Part shown: piece after piece, positions 19,934-29,932 of the stretch
Layout of the letters: the number at the start of each line of letters is the position of its first letter
Numbering within the stretch: position 1 is the stretch's first letter
Assembly: GCA_041739995.1 (NCBI GenBank)
Contig: JBGSMV010000047.1
Span: 224,001-288,000, forward strand
DNA length: 64,000 nucleotides
From: Bdellovibrionota bacterium
GTDB lineage: Bacteria; Bdellovibrionota_C; UBA2361; JBGSMV01
Direction: 5' to 3'
The notes under the pieces: generated by a model
What the model was told of the DNA's origin: nothing
Databases searched by the model: none
What the model saw: the letters and a program-made list of their open reading frames with translations, nothing else
Program-made: the position numbers and the translations under genes

Positions 19934-21514
19934 CTAGGAATCTGAAGAAGTCTCAAGAAGCGAATCGTTTTCAGAGTCAATGCTCTGAGCAGCAGACTCC
20001 TCTGCCTTTCGAACAATTACGATAGGTGAGTTGATGGGCCTTAGAGCGGAGAGTTGCCAGATTCTCCAAATGAGGTCTTGGTCAAGGGTGAGGTTCTCTT
20101 CGAGTAATTGACGTCCGTCAAATGCAAAGAGCGGTTGGGAGAGGCGCATTCCTGGAACAAGCTGATCGAGTGAAACCTTGGTCTCATGAATTGCTACAAT
20201 TTGGTCTTTGTTATGTTGCGCTCGGCTGAGAAGCTCAGCGTCATTGCGCATGCTTCGCGATATAAGGTGTGCTGGCGCAGTAGAGGAGAGCGCTTCCGAA
20301 ATAATTTTCGCTAAAGCGCACAGTGCGCCCGGATGCAGATCTCGGAACTTGCCGGTTGCGATTCGGCGTAAGAGCGCGTGAGCAGCTCGAGGGTTCCAAT
20401 GTCCGGACTGGAAACACGTTCGATCTAGAATTTCTGCGGCAAGTATCGCGGAGGCTGCAATGATGGTGGGATCGTCCCGAAGATGTTCTTCTCTGCCAAT
20501 CATTCTTGCTACCGTAGCGACCACTGCTGAGATTCCGGGCTGTCGGTGCAGGGTGGCTAATTGCAGCGCGCTGTCTTTTAACCAGCTACACAGCTCCTTT
20601 TTTACTAACAGAGAGCCACGGCCCACGAACTCCTTTCTGAGGTAATTCTGATTTCGTTCGACAACCGCAAGGTTGAGAAGGCGTGCGGCACTTCGTGCGT
20701 CATCTAATATGCTGGATGGGATTGAGAGGGCTTCGAGAATGTTGTCAGCGACAAATCCGACACGCAGCACGTGTCCCTTGCCCCACTTCCCACTTCGGGC
20801 AAGTAAATCGGAAATGAGACTTGCGATATCCTTATCTTCGCTGACCCACGGTTGAGCACTCTTCAGTCCAGTTACTCCCAGTTTGGCGTACTGACCTCCG
20901 CCAAGATTCATGCTCAGCAGCGCTGACTCTTTTGCTTGGTCGAAGTACAGAGTGGCGACTGAATCAAACTCCCCGTATGCGTCAAATGCTATAGATGGCT
21001 CATCGTCATCGGTTGAAGTAACGCGCCTGTGGGCGGTTTCTGGTGATTGCTTTTCTGCAGCCTTTGCGGATGGCGCACTAGGTGGAGCTACTGAGTCCCC
21101 CCCGGTATTTCTATAGCGCTCGGAAATATAGTTTATGCATTCTAGTAGATCGTTCGGTGAGCACGGGGTGCGAAGTGTCGAGATCAGAGGAAACTTGCCA
21201 TACAGTTCGTCTGCGAGGCCTTCCACCTCAGTTCCTAAAATGATGGCTGGAAATCTACAGAGATCTTGTTGCTCAAGAAAAAGGCTCAAATACTCGCGAG
21301 TACCAGAGCGCGAACCACAGTCAAACAAGAGTATGGGGCGAATCAGCTCCCCAGCGAGCGCGGTAGCGTCTTCAGGAGTGGCTGCAGATTTCATTACGAA
21401 TGATTTTCGCTGCAGGGCGTCACGCAGTTTCAATGCGAGGGACTCTGCTCGCTCAATCAGCAGCAGATCGTGGGAGGCGCTCGCGGGGCGCATGGTCATG
21501 TTGATTGTCGACAT
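19934..21514 (-). CDS. Degenerate receiver + degenerate HD-GYP-like signalling protein
   Basis: REC-like N-terminus (LLLIE, PILLFD, FPAIILG); GHVLRVG, AARLLNLA (for AALLHDIG), ILAAEILD; C-terminal LVPGMRLSQPLF..DGR.LL tail typical of HD-GYP proteins. Confidence 0.6.
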   Translation of the reverse strand: MSTINMTMRPASASHDLLLIERAESLALKLRDALQRKSFVMKSAATPEDATALAGELIRPILLFDCGSRSGTREYLSLFLEQQDLCRFPAIILGTEVEGLADELYGKFPLISTLRTPCSPNDLLECINYISERYRNTGGDSVAPPSAPSAKAAEKQSPETAHRRVTSTDDDEPSIAFDAYGEFDSVATLYFDQAKESALLSMNLGGGQYAKLGVTGLKSAQPWVSEDKDIASLISDLLARSGKWGKGHVLRVGFVADNILEALSIPSSILDDARSAARLLNLAVVERNQNYLRKEFVGRGSLLVKKELCSWLKDSALQLATLHRQPGISAVVATVARMIGREEHLRDDPTIIAASAILAAEILDRTCFQSGHWNPRAAHALLRRIATGKFRDLHPGALCALAKIISEALSSTAPAHLISRSMRNDAELLSRAQHNKDQIVAIHETKVSLDQLVPGMRLSQPLFAFDGRQLLEENLTLDQDLIWRIWQLSALRPINSPIVIVRKAEESAAQSIDSENDSLLETSSDS

Positions 21515-21590
21515 AGCCTCTTTCCAGTGATTCAGCGCTGTGCGGTGTATCGCTCGACTACCCGCGGGGCTCTTGCCCTCTACCTTTCGT

Positions 21591-21617
21591 TCATCGGATC
21601 TTTACGAAATTTTCTGA
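21591..21617 (-). promoter_or_regulatory. sigma28 (FliA)-like promoter
   Basis: Minus strand reads TCAG-N15-TCCGATGA versus consensus TAAA-N15-GCCGATAA; about 75 nt upstream of ATG 21514. Confidence 0.4.
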
Positions 21618-21783
21618 AGTCTGGGCCTCTTATGAAAGTCCAGTTAAATTAAGTAGTTACTATTCGGATGGCCGGTTCAAGGGCCCGGGGACCTGCCGAG
21701 CGAGTGGGCGATGTCTCAGAGACCTTGGGGTTGGTTATTTCGAAGACCTTTTCCCAATTTTTTGAGCTGTTGCTCAAGACGGT

Positions 21784-21823
21784 TTAGCAGGCTGGTGAAA
21801 AACTCTTTTCACCAGCCTGCTAG
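21784..21823. mobile_element. 40-bp perfect hairpin element family C, copy 1
   Basis: TTAG CAGGCTGGTGAAAA ACTC TTTTCACCAGCCTG CTAG; homologous to 52181-52220. Confidence 0.75.
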
Positions 21824-21983
21824 AGCTGGCGCACGATTCCTGGTCCTCAGTAACCGACGTATAGGAGGGGAATCTGATTACGGGCGATTTGAGTGGTGCC
21901 ACAACTGGGCTGACCGGCTGCTCGTCGCCCACACTGTTTCGATCTGTCTGTTCTGTCGGCCTGGTTTCTATTACGTTGGTGCA

Positions 21984-23525
21984 ATGGATATAAAAATTGA
22001 GTCTCGACGAGCGCTGGCAAAACCCACTCAGTTACTTGCGGTGTTAATAGATTCTGAGCGGGCGAGACAGGAGCTCCGCTCATCACAATCGAAGCGTGGA
22101 TCATTTTGGGCTGGGTTGCTCGACGCCGCTGCGGTTCAACTGATTTTACGGACGGCAGCTAAGCGGAAATTTGAAGGCAAGAGCAAACAGACATTGCATG
22201 TCTCTGTGCTTCATCAGCGAAGCATTCTTGAAGTGCTCTTCGTTGGAGTCGGAAAAATTGAAAAGGACGAAGCTTCTAAGCTCAGTGTCTCCAGGCAAGC
22301 GGGGGCTGTGGTGTCTGAGCAGGCACACAGACTCGACGCTACTGATGTGGCTGTGGTGGTTTCTTCAGATCAGGTGAAAGTGACTACTGGAGACGATCGC
22401 TTTCTTCGAGGACTTAGCGACGGGTTGCGACTCGCTTCATATAGATTTGATAAGTTTAAATCCAAGGAAGAGGGCGATTCTTCAAAGCCTAAAAGCAAGA
22501 TGAAAGTACGCTTGCTCGTCGCCTCCTCCTATCGTGGCAAGTCTGCACGTTTAGACGAATCGGCTCGCTTTTGTGAGGGCACTTCACTGGCGCGCGACCT
22601 AGTAAACTTGCCCGCGAAAGACTGCACACCAAAGGTGTTAGTGAGCGCCGCAAGGCGGTTGGCAAAGCAATATAAGCTCTCGCTTGAAGTGTTCGATACC
22701 AAGAAGCTCGAACGTATGAACGCCCGAGCTCTGCTAGCCGTAGCTCAAGGCAGCGATGAGCCACCTTATTTAATTCGACTCGCTTACAAGCCGAGACGAA
22801 GCTCGAAGAAGTGTGTGAGCTTAGTTGGTAAGGGCGTCACGTTTGATAGTGGCGGATACTCGATTAAATCTGCTTCGGGCATGGAGAGCATGAAGATCGA
22901 TATGTCGGGAGCGGCGGCTGTGCTCGGTGCTATGTCTATCATTGCCTCTTTGGGCTGCCCTCACGAAGTCCGTGCTTACATACCCACTGTAGAGAACATG
23001 GTGAGCGGGGGAGCCATTCGACCAGGCGACATTGTCAAAGGAATTTCTGGTAAGAGCATAGAAATACTGAACACAGATGCTGAAGGCCGCTTAATTTTGA
23101 GTGACGCGCTCACTCTTGCAGAGCGAGAGGGGTGCTCTCAGATTATTGACGTGGCAACTTTAACTGGTGCTTGCATGGTGGCACTTGGTGCTGAGTATGG
23201 AGGACTTTTTAGCGATAACGATGCACTCGCCACTAAGCTTATGCATGCGGCTCGACTCGAAGGCGAACTGTTGTGGAGAATGCCGTTGGCGCCAGAGTAT
23301 CGCGATCTTATTAAGAGTCCGATTGCTGATATCAAAAATACTGGCGGACCCTATGGCGGCGCCATCACTGCGGCTTTGTTTCTCAAGGAATTTGTACACA
23401 AGACACCGTGGGCTCATCTTGACATTGCAGGGCCTGCATCTTCTGACAAAGACAGAGGTTTTATCCGACGAGGCGGGACGGGTTTTGCTACCAGAACTTT
23501 AGCGCGCTACGTGTTGGATCTTTGA
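21984..23525 (+). CDS. pepA: Leucyl aminopeptidase (M17)
   Basis: LVGKGVTFDSGG, MKIDMSGAA, NTDAEGRL and WAHLDIAG motifs; ATG 21984 preferred to 21711. Confidence 0.95.
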   Translation: MDIKIESRRALAKPTQLLAVLIDSERARQELRSSQSKRGSFWAGLLDAAAVQLILRTAAKRKFEGKSKQTLHVSVLHQRSILEVLFVGVGKIEKDEASKLSVSRQAGAVVSEQAHRLDATDVAVVVSSDQVKVTTGDDRFLRGLSDGLRLASYRFDKFKSKEEGDSSKPKSKMKVRLLVASSYRGKSARLDESARFCEGTSLARDLVNLPAKDCTPKVLVSAARRLAKQYKLSLEVFDTKKLERMNARALLAVAQGSDEPPYLIRLAYKPRRSSKKCVSLVGKGVTFDSGGYSIKSASGMESMKIDMSGAAAVLGAMSIIASLGCPHEVRAYIPTVENMVSGGAIRPGDIVKGISGKSIEILNTDAEGRLILSDALTLAEREGCSQIIDVATLTGACMVALGAEYGGLFSDNDALATKLMHAARLEGELLWRMPLAPEYRDLIKSPIADIKNTGGPYGGAITAALFLKEFVHKTPWAHLDIAGPASSDKDRGFIRRGGTGFATRTLARYVLDL

Positions 23526-23639
23526 GAGCTAAGGTGTGAGCGACCGCTTTCAACCTATTGAATTTGTTAGCAAAAGAGAGCGTTGATGAGTTTCCTTAAT
23601 CTTGTTTCATACACACTCACACGTTAGAGTGCAGCTCGT

Positions 23640-26159
23640 ATGACAACCGATGCAGTTCAACAAGTTACCCCAATAAATATCGAAGACGAGATGCGCCAGT
23701 CCTATATGGACTACGCCATGAGCGTCATCGTAGGCCGCGCGCTTCCTGACATTCGCGATGGATTGAAGCCCGTACAGCGACGAATTCTTTACGCCATGCA
23801 TGGCGAAGGACTTGTCTCTAACCGCAAGCACTCAAAGTGCGCAGGTGTGGTTGGCGAAGTTTTGAAAAAATTTCACCCGCATGGCGACTCGTCAGTGTAT
23901 GAGGCTCTCGTGCGTCTCGCGCAGCCTTGGAACATGCGCTACCAGTTGGTCGATGGCCAAGGAAATTTCGGCTCTGTAGATGGGGATCCAGCGGCCGCGT
24001 ATCGTTACACCGAATGTCGCATGACGTCCTTGTCGGAGCAGTTGCTCGAAGACATTGCGCGCGACACCGTGGATTTCACCCCGAATTTTGATGACTCAAC
24101 AGAAGAACCGCTCGTTCTCCCCGCGGCTATCCCGAATCTATTGGTGAATGGTGCTGACGGAATCGCTGTTGGAATGGCGACGCATATTCCTCCCCATAAT
24201 CTAGGGGAAGTAATCGATGCAGTAATTGCCGTCATCGAGAACCCGAAGGTCGCACTCTCGGATCTTATGAAGATTATTCCTGGCCCTGACTTTCCCACTG
24301 GAGGAACGATTCATGGGCGCCAAGCGATTTTAAGTGCGTATAGCACTGGCAAGGGCGTGCTGCGGGTCCGTGCGAAGACCAGCATGGAGACAATAAAGAC
24401 CGGAACGCGAGAGACAGAGGCTATCGTCGTTACCGAGATTCCCTTCCAAGTAAACAAAGCGCGACTGATCGAAAAGATCGCCGACTTAGTGAATAAGAAA
24501 GATATCGACGGAATTTCTCGATTGAGAGATGAGTCCGACCGATCGGGGATGCGCATTGTTATTGAAATTAAGCGCGACGCAACGCCGGAAGTGGTGCTCA
24601 ATCAGCTCTACAAGATGACTCCGATGCAGGAGAGTTTCGGCATAATAAATCTCGCCATCGTAGATGGTCAGCCGTTGGTGTGTACGTTGCACCAGATGCT
24701 GGGCTTCTTCATTAATCACCGTCGTGACGTGGTTACTCGCCGCACGCAGTTTGACCTTCGAAAAGCGCTCGAGCGCATGCATGTTTTGGAAGGTTTCCGA
24801 ATTGCGCTGTTGAACTTAGACGAAATTATCCAGCTGATTAAGTCGTCAGAGACAGTTGACCGAGCGCGAAGCGGGTTGATGCAGCGCTTTGAGCTGAGTG
24901 AGATCCAAGCCAATGCAATTCTTGATTTGCGCTTACAAAAACTCACCGGCATGGAGCGTCTTGCCATTGAGAAAGAGCACGAAGAGCTAGCCAAGGAAAT
25001 TGCGCGACTCAAAACGATTTTGGCTGACGCTCGACAAGTTGACCGCATTATCACCGAGGAGCTTAAGAGCATCCGCGAGAAATATGCTGATGAACGTCGC
25101 ACAGAGATCTTAGACGCAGTCGAAAGTCTGCAAGTCGAGGACCTGATTGAAGACGAAGAGATGGTGATCTCTGTCAGTCGCAAGGGCTATCTCAAGCGCA
25201 CGTCGCTTTCGAATTATCGCTCGCAGCGTCGAGGTGGTAAGGGCATCACGGGAGCCTCTTCCAAGGACGAGGATTTTGTTGAACATCTCTTTGTCGCATC
25301 GACTCTATCCGACGTGCTCGTCTTTACGAATCTGGGCCGGTTGTATTGGCTAAAGGTTTACGAAGTCCCCGAAGCTGGGCGTACCGCGCGCGGCAGGGCG
25401 TTAGTGAATCTCGTGCGACTCAAGCCCGACGAGGCACCGACTACTATCCTTCCAGTAAGGTCTTTTGATGATTCGCGCTTCGTGTTGATGGCAACCAAGC
25501 AGGGAGTCGTAAAGAAGGTCGACTTGATGGAGTTTTCAAGGTCACGGCCGAGCGGAATCATCGCCTGCAATCTTGACGAAGGCGACTCGCTTATCTCGGT
25601 AGGGGTTTGTTTCGCTGGTGACGAGATTATTCTTGCCACCAAGAGTGGCATGGCAATTCGCTTCGCCGAGGGCGATGTGCGCGCCATGGGGAGATCTGCG
25701 CGGGGCGTCCGAGGTATCTCAGTCGATGCCGACGATAGTGTGGTGGGCATGACGGTTGTTGGCGGAGATTCTGCAGCTACAGCTTCGAGCGCTGGCAAGC
25801 CTGAAGAGTCGCTACTTACCGAAGAGGCCCGTATTTCTCGCGACGGCATGCTGCTTTCTGTTTGCGAGAATGGCTATGGCAAGCGCAGCGCACTTGAGGA
25901 CTATCGTGTCCAAGGCCGAGGCGGAAAGGGAGTAATCGACATTAAGACAGACGCGCGCAACGGCTCTGTGGTCAGCGTGTGTGCGGTTACGTCGGACTCT
26001 GACCTGATGATCATCACGTCGTCTGGGAAGATAATCCGCATAAAAGCGGAGGGCGTTTCGGTTATTGGACGTAACACCAAAGGCGTGAAGCTCATTGATC
26101 TTGATGAGGAAGAGAAGGTGGTTGCGGTTACGCATTTGATGGAAAACGAATCGGAGTGA
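23640..26159 (+). CDS. gyrA: DNA gyrase subunit A
   Basis: [30 protein letters not shown] catalytic Tyr, GyrA-box QRRGGKG and pinwheel repeats. Confidence 0.98.
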   Translation: MTTDAVQQVTPINIEDEMRQSYMDYAMSVIVGRALPDIRDGLKPVQRRILYAMHGEGLVSNRKHSKCAGVVGEVLKKFHPHGDSSVYEALVRLAQPWNMRYQLVDGQGNFGSVDGDPAAAYRYTECRMTSLSEQLLEDIARDTVDFTPNFDDSTEEPLVLPAAIPNLLVNGADGIAVGMATHIPPHNLGEVIDAVIAVIENPKVALSDLMKIIPGPDFPTGGTIHGRQAILSAYSTGKGVLRVRAKTSMETIKTGTRETEAIVVTEIPFQVNKARLIEKIADLVNKKDIDGISRLRDESDRSGMRIVIEIKRDATPEVVLNQLYKMTPMQESFGIINLAIVDGQPLVCTLHQMLGFFINHRRDVVTRRTQFDLRKALERMHVLEGFRIALLNLDEIIQLIKSSETVDRARSGLMQRFELSEIQANAILDLRLQKLTGMERLAIEKEHEELAKEIARLKTILADARQVDRIITEELKSIREKYADERRTEILDAVESLQVEDLIEDEEMVISVSRKGYLKRTSLSNYRSQRRGGKGITGASSKDEDFVEHLFVASTLSDVLVFTNLGRLYWLKVYEVPEAGRTARGRALVNLVRLKPDEAPTTILPVRSFDDSRFVLMATKQGVVKKVDLMEFSRSRPSGIIACNLDEGDSLISVGVCFAGDEIILATKSGMAIRFAEGDVRAMGRSARGVRGISVDADDSVVGMTVVGGDSAATASSAGKPEESLLTEEARISRDGMLLSVCENGYGKRSALEDYRVQGRGGKGVIDIKTDARNGSVVSVCAVTSDSDLMIITSSGKIIRIKAEGVSVIGRNTKGVKLIDLDEEEKVVAVTHLMENESE

Positions 26160-26162
26160 CCT

Positions 26163-27203
26163 CTGAGCAACTCTGCCCCCGCAACTAAGTCTATCGAGAA
26201 TCTTTCTCCTCAATCTGTTTCGGTCGGAGTGGTCGGACTTGGGAATTGGGGCACCGCGCTTGCCAATCATCTGGCGAATAAAGGGCTGGATGTGTTGGGT
26301 TGGAGTATCGAGCAGCCGGTGGTTGCCTCGATTAATGCCCACTCGAGACACCCCAAGTTTCATACTCAAATAGCTTTTAATAAATCCTTCCGAGCGACCG
26401 GTGAGATTTCAGAGATTCTAAGCCGCGACATGCTCTTGCTGGCGATTCCATCGTCCGCAATTCAGGCGGTATATCCACTGCTTTGTGGGGGTGAAATCCC
26501 ATTGATAGTAAGCGCAATTAAGGGCGTGGAGGGAAAGACATTACTCACCCCGCTCCAGAGTCTTGGCGAGCATGGCATCAAGGCAGCAGCTTCGGCGGTG
26601 CTGTCCGGGCCGAGCTTTGCACGTGATGTGGTCAGAGGGCTTCCTTGTGGAGTGGTGGCGGCCTCAGAATCTGAGTCGGTAGCGCGCTTTGTTGCCGATA
26701 TGTTCTCCAACGATTCAATGAAGGTCTATCTCTCGACCGACACGCTCGGAGTGGAGCTGGGAGGGATTGTGAAGAACGTCATCGCGCTTGCGGTGGGCGT
26801 GTGTGATGGCTTGGAGCTTGGAGATTCTGCCCGTGCTGGCTTGGTCACCAGAGGGTTGGCGGAGATGATTCGCCTTGCGCTGGCCATGGGTGCTGAGTTG
26901 CAAACGCTTGCCGGCCTTTCTGGTTTAGGCGATCTGGTGATGACGGCGACTTGCGACACCAGTCGCAATCGCACTGTGGGTCTTGAGCTTGGTAGAGGTA
27001 AGAAGTTGCCTGACATTCTTCGAGCGCTTGGGTCTGTAGCCGAAGGTGTTGAAACAACTCCGCATGTTCTCGAGTTGGCTCGTAGGCATAACGTTGAAAT
27101 GCCAATTGCTTTGCAGGTCTCCCGCTTACTTGCCGGTGAGGTAAACCCGAACGAGCTGATTCGCGGCCTTATGACTCGACCGCTCCGACGCGAGTTCGAA
27201 TAG
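26163..27203 (+). CDS. gpsA: NAD(P)H-dependent glycerol-3-phosphate dehydrogenase
   Basis: VGVVGLGNWGTALA Rossmann motif; LSGPSFA, KNVIA, GLSGLGDL..T, SRNR; start proposed at CTG 26163 because GTG 26229 truncates beta-1. Confidence 0.93.
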   Translation: MSNSAPATKSIENLSPQSVSVGVVGLGNWGTALANHLANKGLDVLGWSIEQPVVASINAHSRHPKFHTQIAFNKSFRATGEISEILSRDMLLLAIPSSAIQAVYPLLCGGEIPLIVSAIKGVEGKTLLTPLQSLGEHGIKAAASAVLSGPSFARDVVRGLPCGVVAASESESVARFVADMFSNDSMKVYLSTDTLGVELGGIVKNVIALAVGVCDGLELGDSARAGLVTRGLAEMIRLALAMGAELQTLAGLSGLGDLVMTATCDTSRNRTVGLELGRGKKLPDILRALGSVAEGVETTPHVLELARRHNVEMPIALQVSRLLAGEVNPNELIRGLMTRPLRREFE

Positions 27204-27226
27204 CGTCTTCCTCTGACGGATGGAAG

Positions 27227-28201
27227 TTACTCGGCGCCGAATAGCATCCATCGAACGAATCCTGATTCTCCTGCGTACGACCGGCTGCCCGGAGCGGATT
27301 TCTCAGGATATAGGTGGCGATTAAAAAATCCTTCGACGCTTTTAGAAAGGCCGCGTTGAATGCTTTCCCCCTGACCCGCTTCCTCGCAGTAATCTGTATC
27401 ATGAACCAGTATCGCGGGCTGTTGCTTTAGAGGAGCAGTGCCGCCCTCTAAGAAGTTATCTTCAATAAGCGCGCGTTGTCCTCCAACCGAGCAGTGCGCT
27501 ATCAAAGCAAATGGAGAGCGCACAATTTTGGTTACGCAGTCTCCAAGGCCTTCTGCTTCGCGGTTAAGAGCATCTTGGACTTTCTCTACTTCGGTGAGGC
27601 TTGGCAGTTCATAGGCTCGTCTTATCAGGCCTTCGGTCAGGGTTATCAAGCCTTGCAGCGCGTGCATATTGCTACTATTTACTGCGCCTTCCACCCCGTA
27701 TTCACCAAATAGTACTAAGTCGAGTCCTAAGCCATCTGCTATCAACCCAGTGCACCTTTCAAATGTTTCGAGGCCGCCTTCGATTGCCCTCGCTTGTTCT
27801 AAGAAGCGCGATTCTCGAAGCGCAACATACTGGCCAGAAACAATGCGAGGAGCATGGGTGGGATCTTTTTCGGCGAAGGCAAGTAAAATTCCGCCCAGAT
27901 GAGCACGCAGTGTTTCTTCAATCTGGGTCGGCGTGGAGGTCTGATCTAACTTCTTGAATGCCGATTGCATCGATAGACAGCCCGCTTCGGTAAGTTCACC
28001 GATCGAATGCTGTGCCACCGGCTTCGAACCTTCGAGCCACGGGGAGAGGGAACGATGAGAGGGAAATAGTGTAGGGTCTAGTGCGAAGCTCGACTTGCCA
28101 AAATCAGGACCACACAATTCTATAGTCGTAGTTGGCAACGGGCGCCACTCAAGTTGAGTGTGGCATCGTTTATCAGGTTGTGGTCTTTGGTCCATAATCA
28201 A
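27227..28201 (-). CDS. Hypothetical protein
   Basis: 324-aa ORF filling the gap; no recognisable motif. Confidence 0.6.
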   Translation of the reverse strand: MIMDQRPQPDKRCHTQLEWRPLPTTTIELCGPDFGKSSFALDPTLFPSHRSLSPWLEGSKPVAQHSIGELTEAGCLSMQSAFKKLDQTSTPTQIEETLRAHLGGILLAFAEKDPTHAPRIVSGQYVALRESRFLEQARAIEGGLETFERCTGLIADGLGLDLVLFGEYGVEGAVNSSNMHALQGLITLTEGLIRRAYELPSLTEVEKVQDALNREAEGLGDCVTKIVRSPFALIAHCSVGGQRALIEDNFLEGGTAPLKQQPAILVHDTDYCEEAGQGESIQRGLSKSVEGFFNRHLYPEKSAPGSRSYAGESGFVRWMLFGAE

Positions 28202-28268
28202 ACTCTCATTTTCTCAGTACGCGCTATCAAGTGCGATTCGCGTTCTTCTTTGTTTCCACCCGAAAGCG

Positions 28269-29024
28269 TTAGCTGCAAAACGCTAATTGCACCTCATCAA
28301 GTACGCTACTGTAGTTGATTGTTCGCACTTCAGCGTGCTGATGTAGATTTTTGGCTTCGCCGCGTCGAACCTTAAGAATCGGATCCACTGCGCGTTGGAC
28401 AAGAGAATCTTGCATCTGGTCCGAGTATCCACTCTTTGAGAGTTCTGCAAGGAACTTTCCAAGCACAGAGAAGTCTTGATCGGTGAGGAGTCCGGAAAGT
28501 CCAGCATGTCGCTGCCTGATTTTTTGCTCTTCGATTCTCTGCGCTTGAAGGGCTTTCGTATCGAAATGTGTTCCGAAGGCACCGACCACAGGAGGAACTA
28601 GTCCTCTAGAAGAGGCTTGGCTGAATGCACCGTATCCAGGGGGTAGCGAGGATCCTCCGGAACCAATGCCACCAACCCCCATGCTTGGTGTCAGCCGAAG
28701 TGGAGTGGATGTCGGGTCTCCGACTCGATCGGTTGATGGGGGAGCTACTAAATGTTCGAGTCCTGCCACAGCCCGGGTCATCTGAGGTATTTGCCACTCG
28801 CTCTGTTGGTTCTGAGCATTTTTGAATGAGTAAGGAGTCTCGCGGTGAGGAGGGGGGTTGGGTAAGTGGCCAGGAGTTTTACTCGCGATGTCGGTGTCGT
28901 CGCGGGAGGCCGATCCCCGTAATCTGAAAGCGGTGAGATCAAAGTTGCCGCTTGAAGTGCGCGGAACCGCTGCTGATTGGGCTCCCACTATGCGCTCTCG
29001 GTTCTCGTTCATGAGACATGCCAA
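28269..29024 (-). CDS. Hypothetical protein (Pro/Gly/Ser-rich N-terminal part, helical C-terminus)
   Basis: 251-aa ORF filling the gap; no recognisable motif; start uncertain. Confidence 0.5.
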   Translation of the reverse strand: MACLMNENRERIVGAQSAAVPRTSSGNFDLTAFRLRGSASRDDTDIASKTPGHLPNPPPHRETPYSFKNAQNQQSEWQIPQMTRAVAGLEHLVAPPSTDRVGDPTSTPLRLTPSMGVGGIGSGGSSLPPGYGAFSQASSRGLVPPVVGAFGTHFDTKALQAQRIEEQKIRQRHAGLSGLLTDQDFSVLGKFLAELSKSGYSDQMQDSLVQRAVDPILKVRRGEAKNLHQHAEVRTINYSSVLDEVQLAFCS

Positions 29025-29137
29025 ACGGGTAAGTTTCTCTAAAAGCCCAAGGTAACGCTTAGGTTATGGGCTGTGTCGTCAGGTGCGATGCATTTAGATA
29101 ACGTGCTGAAACAACTAGCCTTAATAGCAGTCGGGCT

Positions 29138-29932
29138 CTATTCGAGATGGTCAAAACCGACCTGACGAGCTCTTTCGAACGCCAAATGTATGGAGAGCAG
29201 CCCTAACATTAAGAATCCGAGAGAACAAAGAGCTCCGTTCAGCAGCATGTTCCAATCAGCCTCACCTACGAAGACCACAGCACGCATCGCCTCAAAGGCA
29301 TGTGTGGCGGGGAAGCACCAAGCGAAACCTTGTAACCAACCGGGCAACATGGCAACCGGCGCGTAGGCTGCACACAACGGAAGGAACACAAACGCGAGCG
29401 TCCAGGAGAGAGCTTGAGCCCGAATACCAAACATCAAAATAGCGGCTGAGGCGATCAGGCCAATTGCCCACCCGAAAGAAATTAAAATGCACGAAATGGG
29501 AATCCAGATCCAACCAAGATTGAGGATGTTGAGCGAGTAGGTGACCCAGACGGTGAGCCCGGTAAAAATGACGACCGCTAAAAGTTTGATAAGACCAACC
29601 AGAACATTACCAAGTAGCCACTCGATTTTGGTAAGCGGAGTAGCGAGCATATTGGTAAAATTTCTGTTCCAGCCCTCTTCGACAAGGTTAATGCTAATCT
29701 CATAGTTCGAGAACCACACCATGCGCCACATCACGAATGAAAGCATGATGGCCAGCACCATGCTGGCAGAAGTGCTACTATCTTGAGATAGCCATTCGGC
29801 GGTAAGGCCCCACACTACCACATCAATGACTGGCCAAAAGAAACAGTCAGTGAGACGGTCGAAACTTCTTGGCAAGAGGTACCAATGTCGCCAAAGTATC
29901 GCCGATACTCGATGCCAGCGAATATCGATCAT
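29138..29932 (-). CDS. ABC-2 type transporter permease
   Basis: Six TM helices; EEGWNRNFTNMLATP and PV.MLPGWLQ..A...PATH.FEAMR. Confidence 0.9.
   Translation of the reverse strand: MIDIRWHRVSAILWRHWYLLPRSFDRLTDCFFWPVIDVVVWGLTAEWLSQDSSTSASMVLAIMLSFVMWRMVWFSNYEISINLVEEGWNRNFTNMLATPLTKIEWLLGNVLVGLIKLLAVVIFTGLTVWVTYSLNILNLGWIWIPISCILISFGWAIGLIASAAILMFGIRAQALSWTLAFVFLPLCAAYAPVAMLPGWLQGFAWCFPATHAFEAMRAVVFVGEADWNMLLNGALCSLGFLMLGLLSIHLAFERARQVGFDHLE

Noticed and set aside
21711..21983. 91-aa N-terminal extension of PepA
   Set aside because: It reads through intergenic DNA and the family C hairpin and has atypical composition; ATG 21984 gives a normal-sized M17 peptidase.
23870..23910. Quinolone-resistance substitution in GyrA
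   Set aside because: [10 protein letters not shown] keeps Ser at the 83-equivalent and an acidic residue at the 87-equivalent.
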